DNA of 64,000 nucleotides. Origin: Octopus sinensis. Its lineage: Eukaryota. Location of the stretch: assembly GCF_006345805.1 (NCBI RefSeq), contig NW_021834205.1, positions 17,448 to 81,447 on the forward strand, in the 5' to 3' direction. The translations under genes were made by a program, and so were the position numbers. The notes beneath the pieces are model-generated. The model had not been told where the DNA came from and did no database searches. It saw only the letters and a list, made by a program, of their open reading frames with translations. Shown one piece after another: positions 52,214 to 64,000 of the stretch (its first letter is position 1; each line of letters opens with the position of its first letter).

Positions 52214-52468
52214 AGGTGCATGGCTCAGCGTCGTGAGGTTGTAAGCTCGAATCCCGGACCGGAGTGCGTGTTTTGTTCTTGAGCAAGACACTTTATTTCA
52301 CGTTGCACCAACTGTAGAAATAAGTTGCGACGTATCGGCCTTTGCCTTTCCTTTGGACAACACTGGTGATTTGGAGAGGGGAGGCTGGTATTCATGGGCG
52401 ACTGCTGGTCTTCCATAAACAACCTTGCCCGGAATTGTGCCTGCGAGGGTAACTCTCTAGGTTCAGTC
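52213..52468 (+). mobile_element. SINE family C
   Basis: aaggtgcatggctcag head, ctcgaatcccggacc B box. Confidence 0.85.
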
Positions 52469-52475
52469 CTACATA

Positions 52476-52530
<55 letters not shown>

Positions 52531-53371
52531 TATATATATACTTTTATTAAACTCTGAGTAACAGTTTTTATGATAATTTTGCAGCTTTAATGAAAGCATA
52601 TTGCTCTACTTTTGGTATTCAAGATTCGAGTACTATTTTTCCTACTTTGTTTTGCACTTATGGTCTCACCTGTGTGTGTGTGTGTGTGTGTACACATATG
52701 TATAATGTCTATGTGTGTGTGTGTGTGTGTGTAAATAGACAGTTGCATGCATACATACATACTTACATATATACATGCATACATACATATGCACACATGT
52801 ATATGTTTGTTCCTGTGTGTGAAAAGTGTTGGGCGGGGGGGGGGGGTGTCTGTAGCGATATCTACATGAATATACACGTGTGTATGTCTCCGTGTATGCA
52901 CGAATGTATGTTTGTGCATCCGCTAAAAATAAAGCAGAAGTAAGCCGGGAGGCAAATATCAGACGTAGAAGGTGTCTCCATTCGACACAATTACCGATTC
53001 TTTTGGGGTTTTTTTTATTGTTCTTGTTGTTACCGTTGTTTTCTGTTAGGGAAAGATTGTGTTGTTCTTATTTGTTTGTTTTAGCTTTTTTTTTGTTGCT
53101 TTGTCTTGTCATATACTTATGTATAAATCATCTGCAATAACAGTCTATATTAATTTCCATTTCAACGTAAAACACGAATTTATCAGACAGAGAAAATCAT
53201 TCGGTAAACAATGTGGTAGTAAATAGCAGTTTGTTAAGACTATCTTCTGCCGTGACATTATTAATTGCTCTCCAGATAAATAAGAACGGGAAAGAGAAAA
53301 AAAACTGTTAGTAAAGAAATGAAAGAAGGAGCGAGTTAAAAAGTGTTTCGCTTTCTTAATGTGCGTGCTTG

Positions 53372-53425
<54 letters not shown>

Positions 53426-53647
53426 TGTGTGTGTGTGTGTACGTGTGTGTGTGTGTGCGTGGTTTCTTTCTTTCTTTTTTTGCCACTTGCAATTGAAACT
53501 ATGCCAAACTGAACATAATGACATGATTTTTCTCGTATCCAATTGAACATTCAGACACCATCCCTAGTTTGATAAAAAAAAAACTACAAACGAAACGAGT
53601 AGTAGTAACAGTAGTAGTAGTAGTAACAGTAGTAGTAGTAGTAGTTT

Positions 53648-53680
<33 letters not shown>

Positions 53681-53880
53681 CGACAACAGCATCACTATGG
53701 ATGACATTTTATCTTCGTTTTTTTTCATACTTCTGTACTTTTCTCTTTCTCTTCTTTCTCTTCTTTTTCTTTTCCTTTCTTTCTTCTTTCATTTTTTCCT
53801 ATATACACACACAAACATATACATATATACATACACACAAACACACACATATATATATACACACATACATACATACATAC

Positions 53881-53918
<38 letters not shown>

Positions 53919-54411
53919 TATTTTGCTACCTTCTACACACACATACACACACACATACTCACACACACACGTATATATATATATATATATATACACTTTT
54001 TTTTAATTCAGTTTCCAGTAAGGCCTTTGTGATATTTTTGTTTGCTTTAACAACATTATCATAATGACTGACTCGAAGCCATTGTTTTTTTTTTTTTTGT
54101 TTTTTTCCTGTCTGTATTTTTTAGTGTATTTTGCGATTTATCCGAGAAAGTGAGAGAGACAAGATTAAAAAAACGCAGAAAGCCATTGACTCGCTTTCTT
54201 GTTTTGAATGTGTTGTTCTTGAAGCGACGAGAGATTCTAGTTTTAATTTCCTCTCTCTTATCTCTTGCATTTCTTTTATATTCACTTGCTATTTCACTGT
54301 AGCTTTTGCTGAGACATTACTAATTCTAAAGTGAAGCATAAAGCGGGATCCTGTTATCGTGGTCATGTCGTCACTCTTAATAGATAAAATTAATATTAAA
54401 GTAAGCGTAAA

Positions 54412-55495
54412 GCGGCGAGCTGGCAGAATCGTTTGCACCCTTGGCGAAAATGCTCTTCGGCATTTCGTCAGCTTTTACGTTCTGATTTCGAATTCCGCCG
54501 AAGTCGACTCTGCCTTTTATCCATCGGAGTCGATAAAATAAGTACCAGTTGAGTATTGGGTTCGATGAAAGCGGCTCATCCTCACCACTAAATTGCTGTC
54601 CTTGTATTAAGATATGAAACCAATATGCTTTTCTACTCTAGGCACAAGTCCCGAAATTTGGAGGGAGGGGAGCCAGTCGATTAGTCAACCCCAATACGCA
54701 ACTGGTGCTTAATTTGTCGACGTCGAAAGGATGAAAGGCAAAGTCAACCTCGGCGGAATTTCAACTCAGAATGTAACGGCAGACGAAATACCGCTAAGCA
54801 TTTCGCCCGGCGTGCTAACGTTTCTTATTTCCTTACTGCCCACAAGGGGCTACACTCAGAGGGGACAAACAAGGACAGACAAACGAATTAAGTCGATTAT
54901 ATAGACCACGTTGCGTAACTGATACTTGTTTAATCAACCCCAAAAGGATGAAAGGCAAAGTCGACCTCGACGGAATTTGAACTCAGAACGTAGTGTCAGA
55001 CGAAATACCTATTTCTTTATTACCCACAAGGGGCTAAACACAGAGGGACAAACAATGACAGACAAACGGATTAAGTCGATTATATCGACCCCAGTGCGTA
55101 ACTGGTACTTATTTAATCGACCCTGAAAGGATGAAAGGCAAAGTCAACCTCGGCGGAATTTGAACTCACAACGTAACGGCAGACGAAGTACCGCTAAGCA
55201 TTTCCCCCGGCGTGCTAACGTTTCTGCCAGCTCGCCGCCTTAATATGAAACCAATATCAAAGCAATCGTAAAGCGGTGAGCTGGCAGAAACGTTAGCACG
55301 TCGAGCAAAATGCTTAGTGGCATTTCGTCCGCCTTCACGTTCTGAGTTCAAATTCCGCTGTTGTCGACTTTGGCTTTCATCGTTTCGGGGTCAATAAAAT
55401 AAGTGCCCGTTGAACACTGAAGTCGATGTAATCGACTTAGCCTTTCCCACGAAATTGCTGGCCTTGTGCCAAAATTTGAAACCAATATTGAAATA
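54412..55495. mobile_element. Cluster of five SINE family B copies, including a head-to-tail minus-strand trimer at 54640-55241
   Basis: Repeated cores; junctions at 54824/54825 and 55008. Confidence 0.9.
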
Positions 55496-55959
55496 ATCGT
55501 ATATCCAGTATAATCTTATTAGGGTTATCCAAAAATAAAGGAGTCTAGGTCTGTGCCAGAGTGATAAAAATAAATCTAGAGGAACAGTCTTAGAAACAAA
55601 ACAATGAGAATGCAAACTATGTAATATTATACAAAAGTTTGCATTATAGAATTTTAAGTTTCTATTAAATTATCAGAAGTTTGTTTTATTATCACCGTAT
55701 CGACCAGAACTAACGGATGTTGCTAGACGCCAGCGGCCATAACGTGCTTCTTCGTATTTGTTGTAACTTTTATTGGGTGGCCATTCCTCTGGCTGGACGG
55801 ACACAGTCAACAGACCCTTCGAACGGGACTTCCAAATAAAATTGCAACAGCGTGACGTAAGCAGGATCTAACAATTTATATGTGCGTCTATCTTAATTTG
55901 CCACTATATATATATGAATTCAATTCGTCTCCAGTCGAAAGACGCCTGTTGTTATGTCC

Positions 55960-56009
<50 letters not shown>

Positions 56010-56451
56010 TTTTGTATTATTTTTGTATTTATATTCGTGTAACAACGTCCGTTTTACCGTCCTTCGTATACATTCGATGCTTTTTTCCAAGGAATCTAAT
56101 GCTCTTAACTTAGTTTTTCCATGGGGCTGGCCAGATTGGAGCAATTTCAAGATTAATCAGCCGAAATTGCGAGGATGATCCGGTTCTTGACTGGAGATTA
56201 AAGGCTTCAAATGACCTGTCCGTGTATTTTGTATCGTCTATCTGGATGTTTTGCGTTCTTGTACCATTTTGTATTATGTATATATATATACATATGGAGA
56301 GACTGTGTTTGTGTGTGACAGAGTAAGAGAGTGAGTGAGAGAGAGAGAGAAGGAGAGACAGAGAGAGGGAGAAAGGGCGATATAGTTACGTGAGCAGACT
56401 AATACTGAAATAATACAGAAACAAATTAGCGGCACTTTGTGACTTGGGAAA

Positions 56452-56874
56452 TACTCTTTACTCTTTACTCTCTTTTACTTGTTTCAGTCATTTGACTGCG
56501 GCCATGCTGGAGCACCGCCTTTAATCGAGCAAATCGACCCCGGGACTTATTATTTTGTAAGCCCAGTACTTATTCTATCGGTCTCTTTTTTTTACCGAAA
56601 TGCTAAGTAACGGGGACATAAACACACCAGCATCGGTTGTCAAGCAATGCTAGGGGCACAAACACAGACACACAAACACACACACGCATACATATATATA
56701 TACATAAATACGACGGGCTTCTTTCAGTTTCCGTCTACCAAATCCACTCACAAGGCTTTGGTCGGCCCGAGGCTATAGTAGAAGACATTTGCCCAAGGTG
56801 CCACACAGTGGGACTGAACCCGGAACCATGTGGTTGGTAAACAAGCTACTTACCACACAGCCACTCCTGCGCCT
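56452..56874 (-). mobile_element. SINE family A, full length
   Basis: Full head and tail. Confidence 0.95.
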
Positions 56875-56886
56875 ATTTCAAAAATC

Positions 56887-57099
56887 TTTTCTACTCTAGG
56901 CACAAGGCCCGAAATTTGGTGGGAGGGTATCAGTCTATTAGATCGACCGCAGTATGCAACTGGTACTTATTTAATCGACCCCGAAAGGATGAAAGGCAAA
57001 GTCGACCTCGGCGGAATTTGAACTCAGAACGTAGCGGCAGACGAAATACCGCTATGCATATCGCCCGGCGTGCTAACGTTTCTGCCAGCTCGCCGCCTT
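56887..57099 (-). mobile_element. SINE family B
   Basis: gaaaggatgaaaggcaaagtcgacctcggcggaatttgaactcag...ctgccagctcgccgcctt. Confidence 0.92.
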
Positions 57100-57364
57100 A
57101 ATTTATATTTCAAAATTGCGAGAAATACACAGTTACACAAACACACAGGTAAATACACACACACACACACACACACACGGGTACACGAAACACTATACAT
57201 ACAACACACACACGCTGCACATTCTCACACACCCATATGTGCAGTTGATTTATGTTGTTATAAGAAAGTATTTTGTCAAATTCACTGCCTTTTATGTATT
57301 TTGTGCTGATCTATTTGATAACAACAACCATTCTTATCTTGTTCCAGAATTATCTAGCTACATT

Positions 57365-57945
57365 GGTATCCTACCCCTTTGATGTCTTGTCTCCTGGATA
57401 TCCAATTATCCTACGTTCTATCAACCGGATATCCACTCACCTTGATATTCTGAAACCCTGATATCCTAGTAGTCTGATATCCAGTCAAATTGATATCTTG
57501 TCTCCTTAATATTCTGCTACACTAATATCCTGTCACATTGATATTCTTCTATACTGATATCCTGCCACATTGATATTCTGTCATCCTGATATTCTGAAAC
57601 CCTGGTATCCTGGAAGTCTGATAACTTGTCACATTGATAACCTACCACCCCGATATCCAGTCATCCTGATATTTTTAAACCCTGATATCCTGTAAATTTG
57701 GTATCCAGTCACATTGATATCTTGTCATCTTGTTATTGTGCTACACCGATATCCTATCACCCTGATATCCTGAAAAATCTGATACCCAGTCACATAGACA
57801 TCCTGCCACATTGATATCCTCTCATCCTGATATCTGTCACGTTGACATTATATCACACTGGTATCCTGTCTGACTACTATCCTCCCAGTGATACCCTACA
57901 TACTGATATCTGTACGCCTACTACCCTACCACTCTAATATCTTGT
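57365..57945. repeat. 16-bp minisatellite (consensus about GATATCCTGTCACATT), roughly 35 diverged units
   Basis: gatat anchors recur every 16 bp. Confidence 0.9.
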
Positions 57946-57994
57946 TACGCAATTATACTGACCTTTGCTTTTCCATTCTTCCTTAATTGTCCAG

Positions 57995-58035
57995 TAGTCG
58001 ACATTTTCAGTGTCGCTCAGCTGACTGTGACCAAG
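57995..58035 (+). CDS. Candidate 41-nt internal exon (VDIFSVAQLTVTK), gene unknown
   Basis: ctgac branch-like motif, pyrimidine tract, ccag| acceptor, AAG|gtgagt donor, one open frame. Confidence 0.25.
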
Positions 58036-60390
58036 GTGAGTAATCAACCAGCTGTGACCAGCTTAAAATGTCCATTAGTTACATATAAGCTGTGTGAAAA
58101 GAGAACATTCTGGACAAAGTTGATGTTCCTCCCTGACACAGATCGATTACTTTCTTCAATATACTCGGATATTGGAACAAATTAATGTCTTCTGCGTCTT
58201 GTTCAGACCAGCATCAGTAGCATTTTATTAAATTTAATTTCTCACTTGTAGCAAACTTATATTTTTGTTTGTTTCTGTTGTAGTTTTTTTTTTCTGTCCT
58301 TGCAAATATATAAGTGCTTCAGTTAAGGGACTTAATATATATTTTTTTCCATGTAGAATCTTAATTAAAAACTGTTCGACAAATTTAATGATACATTTAA
58401 TATTTGCTTAATATTAAATCTGATGCTTGTCTTATAATGTTATTAACATTATGATTTTCCGTTTATATTTCAAATATCCATGTAAACCTAAATTTACTTC
58501 TAACAAAATTTGACCTTGTACGACGTTAAATCTGAGGTAGTCAATCTTTATTGGTCTATAAGCCTTTCCTTTAAACTACAGAAAGCACTTGACGCCCTTT
58601 GGTGTGACTTCTAATGTAAAATTTTATCAAGCTATAAAATGTTTACTGGTCTACAGATCAATACCAGTCTGATTTTTTTTCTGCTCTAATTATCAGATTT
58701 ATAACCTCTAGCCACAGTTTAACATTATTTTATCAAAAATAACGGCAACCAAGGATTAACTTTTCAGATTCTAATCTAAAAATCATATCGATCTTTCCTT
58801 ATCAATCTTGTAATGCATCAGTTTTTTTTTTTTAATCGAAGGACCTGTGTAGACATATTTATTGATGCGTGAAAACCTATGATCTAGACAATTTGAATCA
58901 TTAATTGGTGTTGATATATCGAACTATTTTCAACGTTCAAATAACAATTTTGAGTAAGTTCTTTAACATCGTTTACTTATATTTCTCTACTGAAAATAAA
59001 TGGCTAGTAGCCTGGGGTTTTCGAACTCAACTACATTTCCTGCCGTGTATTTGTCACTGCACTAATAAAACTAAGAGAAGCAACTATAAATTTTATCATA
59101 CTATTAATGATATTAGAAAGATAAAATGGTGACATAACTCAGATACGTACGTAGCGGTGATATAGTTCATGAAATGGTTTACATAAAACGCTATACTGGT
59201 AAACGTTTGTACAATTGTCCATTAATAGATGCGCTTAAACCTGTGATCAGAACTAATAGGAAAAGGCAGACAATACAAAAGCACGATATTTGAAATTGCT
59301 CTTCTTTAAAGTTCATCTTTGCGCTATTCCTTCTTTCACTTTTTTTCCTTTTTACTTCCCTACTAAATTTTTTTCTTCCAGAACTTAATTTCTATTTACC
59401 TATCCACCCCTATCCTTCGCTCCACTTGTTTCTTATTCTCATTCACTTTCTTGCATAAATTTCACTTAATTCCCATACACCATATCTGTCCTATCTTAGT
59501 TTTCAGCAAAATAAAAAAAAAGGAAAAATATTCAAGCCAGCATCTCCATACATAATATCTGACTCAGCTATGGAAAACAGGTTTCTTATATCAATCGGTT
59601 ATTTGCGGAAACGGAAGAGTTTAAATAGATTTTATTGTTGTTCTTTATTATGTATATTTACCTTAATATCATATCACCAAACACAAGGAGACATACGGCC
59701 TGGATGAACATCAAGTATGTAACCACGAGAACGTATTGGCATCTTTATTTTTACTTTTTTATACATACAAATGTTTGAGTGTTGTGAATGTCTGTGCGTA
59801 TGTACAAATATACACACAGACTCAAACACGCACACACACACACACATCAGTTATAAATAGACAGATATACAGAGAACGAGAGGAAGGAAGAAAGTGAGGA
59901 AGAGAGCGAGATGATAGGATAAACCAAGACTATCAGTGCTTGCAACCTTTTCCTTGAACTGAAACGGGAAGCATCTTTGTGTGTGAGTCTGCTCGGTCAG
60001 TACACAGGATCACACTCATCAAGGCTTTTACCGAACATTCCTACGGCCCCATATAGGAACTGGCTGCTTTTCAGACCCAAATTATTTTGCTAGAGAATTT
60101 TGAATGGATAATAGGTTCCAGATATAGAATATACAGACACTTATTAATCACTGAATCACTACAATACTGCCTTTGTGGATGAATCGAGGAGGTCGGATGC
60201 TAGGGGAAAGCCCTGTGGGAGAAAATAATATTTTACCTGTTTTATGTACAAACTGGTCAGATTAGGCCCCTCACACCCACCTTACTCTGTCATTTTAAAA
60301 ATAAACAGTCACTTCATCAAAATCTCAGAGACTTACCAGATAATGCATGACTAATTCAAAATAATGTGAATAAATATACCTTACATTTGA

Positions 60391-60712
60391 TAGGTACATG
60401 GCTCAGTGTTTAGAGGATCGGGCTCACAATCGTGAGGTAGTGAGTTCGATTCTCAGACCGGGCTGTGTGTTGTATTCTTGAGCAAGACACTTTATTTCAC
60501 GTTACCCCAGTTCACTCAGCTGTAGAAATGGGTTGCAGTGTCACTGGTGCCAAACTGTATCGGCTTTTGCCCTTCCCTTGGATTACATCGGTGGTGTGGA
60601 GAGGAGAGGCTGGTATGCATGGGCGACTGATTATCTTCCATAAACAACTTTACCTGGACTTGCAATACTATGGTCATTCATGAACGAAGTGGGGTTTTAC
60701 CCTTTACCCTTT
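60391..60712 (+). mobile_element. SINE family C inserted in an older repeat
   Basis: tacatggctcagtgtttagagg head; cc(t)ttacattt duplicated at the flanks. Confidence 0.85.
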
Positions 60713-60829
60713 ACATTTCACAGAGTAATCTGAAAGCAAAAGGGCTAAAGTTGTTTCCGATAGACAGAATATTCGGCAGCCAGTACACTGAAACGATGGG
60801 CTTGTCCTCTTGAGTTTACCTCAGCCATG

Positions 60830-61312
60830 GTATCTACCACCTTCACAACACTGATAAGAACACTGAGAAATGCGCAATCTTCAACGTCACTGAAAAACCC
60901 TCATTGTAAAGATATCTTGAAATGTAGAAGCTCTATCTTAGATCCCTAATAAGCCTGTACGTGAGGGAGAATCTACTAACCGAAGCTGGTATGAATGCGT
61001 TGGAAGCTTCTAGTCAGAACTTCACACGTCATCAGTAACGGTGACTCAACTGAGACCTGATGGTACACAGCAGATGGCAGATGGCAGAAAGCAGGCGTTT
61101 GTATAACTGAGCAACTCATTGAAAAGTTTGTTTTGTTCGCACTAACCAAGGAAGCTTCTTGAAAATATGGCCTAGAAATCGGGCACTCAATTCAGTACCT
61201 GGGCAGCACCTGACAAATAGCGACAAACAAAAATAATATTGAGTAGAACCTCGGTTTTCGAACTCTGATCACAAATAAATCGTGCTTTATCTTTCTCTCC
61301 CTCTCCTTCTCT

Positions 61313-61356
<44 letters not shown>

Positions 61357-61780
61357 ATATATATCTATATATATATATATATAATATATATATATGAAGC
61401 ACGATTTATTCATGATCAGAGTTGTTCGAAAGCCGAGATACTACTGTACTTAAACATCATAGTATATATATTGAGAGCGACTGGTATCGCCGACTCGTTC
61501 AGCCAATCAGAACGTCCAACAACTGTCTTACTTGAGGTTTTTGAGCGCAGATATTGTTGCAGTCAATGGGACCAAACTATTAGAAAGGTTTCTCTCTACA
61601 AAATTTGTGACAGTTATTCCTTTTTCTGGAACAGTTACAGAGTGTGAACATAGCCACCATCAAACACACCAGCTCTGCTGTGAGAAAGAGGGTGCTGTCA
61701 AAACTTTTTGCAGTAAAGACTGACACTAAGGTCTTACTAACACCATTGATTCAGATGCAGTGAGCTGTCATGTAACGTTA
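60830..61780 (+). mobile_element. Possible decayed RTE-like RT fragment
   Basis: DLMVHTAD and IVAVNGTKLLE resemble post-YADD RTE motifs; weak. Confidence 0.3.
61243..61444. repeat. ~47-bp inverted repeats enclosing (CT)n(AT)n
   Basis: gtagaacctcggttttcgaactctgatcacaaataaatcgtgcttt versus gaagcacgatttattcatgatcagagttgttcgaaagccgagatactac. Confidence 0.85.
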
Positions 61781-62058
61781 GAAAGCGTCTGTAACCCGAC
61801 TACTTCTATCCGATAGAAAGAAGACCAGACATGGAGTTAAATACCAAAAAGATGACATTGGTACCAAACATTATTTTCAAATTCCCAAATGATCTGGGTA
61901 ATCTTCCTTTAACTTTAGTTTTTATATAATCTGCGTTAGCTCAGATTTCTACGCACACAGATATGCACACTCCACACGTATACAACAACCGCACATACAG
62001 ACGCTTACACACATACACATATACACATATGCATAGTCATACTCACACAAATACACTG

Positions 62059-62101
<43 letters not shown>

Positions 62102-62779
62102 TACATAAATATAAGAGGGAAGGTTTTACCACTATGTAGAAACCCTTATGCTAGAAGAAGATCCGCTATGGTCTTAACCGCTAAGAATTGTTCTCAAGAA
62201 GATTTAGCAAACTCCAGAAACATAAGCGAGCAAGACAAATGAAAAGTAACAAAACTATAGATTAATCATGAACAATTGTTTCACTATCAACAAATTACAT
62301 AATTTTACTTACATAATTTATCTGTAGATCTTCAGTATGATCGTCTATAACAAATATAATTTGAAGAACTACACGCCAGACATCAACTCAAGGTCGAAAA
62401 TGCATGCAGTTCTACCTATTACACTTGTGGCTATTTTTCAAAGGTCAGGTTTTTTTATATGCTAGACTACTGTTGTTACAATTGATGTTATAAAATTGAT
62501 ATCCAATTTTTCACCCTCATTTTAATTATATATATATATAATTATATATATATATATATATTATATATATATATATATATGCACACTTTACACACATACA
62601 TTCAAACCCCCTTAGATATACACTGTCACACACACCACACACACACACACACATGCAACATTTATATCTACATACATGCAGACATACTCACGGATACTCG
62701 TATGTATACACACTTGTTTCATTCTCGATAACACCGTCTCACCAGTCCATGTTATAATATATCGGAAATTATCTGAAGC

Positions 62780-62789
62780 AACCACCTGT

Positions 62790-62864
<75 letters not shown>

Positions 62865-62994
62865 CAGCAGCAGCAGCAGCAACAGTAGTAGTAGTAATAG
62901 TAGTAGTAGTAGTAGTAGTACCTGCAGTAGTAGTAGTAGTAGCAATAGTAGTAGTAATAATAGTAGGAGTAGTAGTAGCAGCTGCAGTACTCGC

Positions 62995-63039
<45 letters not shown>

Positions 63040-63312
63040 TGTAGTAGTAGTGTACCTGCTGTAGTAGTAGTAGTAGAGTAGTAGTAGTAGTAGCAGTAGT
63101 AGTAGTAATAGTAGTAGTAGTGTAGTAGTAGTAGTAGTAGTAGTAGTGGTAATAGTACCTGCAGTAGTAGTAGTAGTAGTAGTTGCAGCAGCAGCAGCAT
63201 CGGCGGCGGATGTGGTGGTGGTGGTGGTAGTGGTGCTCGTGGCGGTGAGGAAGCTGGTTTCGGCGGCAGCAGCGGAGGTGGCAAAAGTGGTGGTGGCGGC
63301 GGCGGTGATGGG
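62780..63312. repeat. (AGT)n/(GCA)n/(GGT)n compound trinucleotide tract
   Basis: Directly visible. Confidence 0.95.
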
Positions 63313-63316
63313 TAAA

Positions 63317-63351
<35 letters not shown>

Positions 63352-63781
63352 TAGTGAGGTGTGGGGAGTTTTATATTTAGAGTAACACACCGCGGTGAAC
63401 AATGGCAGAACCTAATACTGTCGAGCGTCGTCTACCATAATAGACGCAAAACAGCGTCTCTTTTGATCTGTCGACAGGAAAACTCTAAGACAAACATTTC
63501 TCTAGTTTTAGCGATTACCATGACGAAATATCCAGCTGAGTTGCACACACACAACACACACACACAACACACACACGCACACGCACACACACACACACAC
63601 GCACATGCATACACGTTACATACACACAAACATTAAGACATACCGGCACACACTTGAAGATAAGGTCTCACAGATACAGACAAACAATTATACACACACA
63701 GATACACACACACATATTTATATGCATATATATATATATATATTATTATTATATGTAGGATATATATTATATATATATATC

Positions 63782-63812
<31 letters not shown>

Positions 63813-63886
63813 GTATGTATCTATGATTGGTAAATACAAATGTAGTATCTATCTATCTATATATATATATATATATCTACATATAG

Positions 63887-63917
<31 letters not shown>

Positions 63918-64000
63918 TTATATATTTTCACACATAGAAACAGACACACACACACATATGTATATATATATATAGAGAGGGGGGAGAGGGGAAGGGGGAA

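Noticed and set aside
57365-57945. CRISPR-like array
   Set aside because: Contiguous diverged 16-bp units with no unique spacers, eukaryotic context, no cas genes
58040-59100. Possible decayed transposase on the minus strand
   Set aside because: No diagnostic motif or terminal repeat could be identified
61000-61050. Minus-strand CTGATGA
   Set aside because: No downstream GAAA or stem II
4985-63839. The great majority of ORF-track entries (poly-Y/L/I/V, YI, CV, HT repeats)
   Set aside because: They are translations of AAT, AT, GT, TATG, GAA and AGT microsatellites, with no coding signal

Overview
AT-rich eukaryotic genomic DNA with extreme microsatellite density, most likely intergenic or deep-intronic octopus (cephalopod) sequence; the taxon is inferred from the SINE families and repeat landscape, not proven. 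I found no confidently identifiable host protein-coding gene. Nearly all ORFs in the track are translated microsatellites. The window is a mosaic of: (i) several tRNA-headed SINE families in dozens of copies; (ii) decayed autonomous elements: three CR1-like LINE pieces, RTE-like pieces, three restriction-like-endonuclease (R4/Dong/NeSL-type) LINE 3' ends, Penelope-like RT and pseudo-LTR fragments, a pogo/POGK-like transposase and an internally deleted mariner with intact TIRs; (iii) a ~540-bp non-coding element found only next to (TAA)n arrays; (iv) at least six minimal type-I hammerhead-ribozyme motifs (two near-intact); (v) five long imperfect inverted-repeat/foldback structures; (vi) 16-bp and 54-bp minisatellites. 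The most interesting theme is a microsatellite-associated retroelement system (RLE LINEs plus a candidate non-autonomous partner) together with hammerhead-bearing, foldback-forming Penelope-type ends. All alignments and folds were done by eye; coordinates of decayed elements are approximate.
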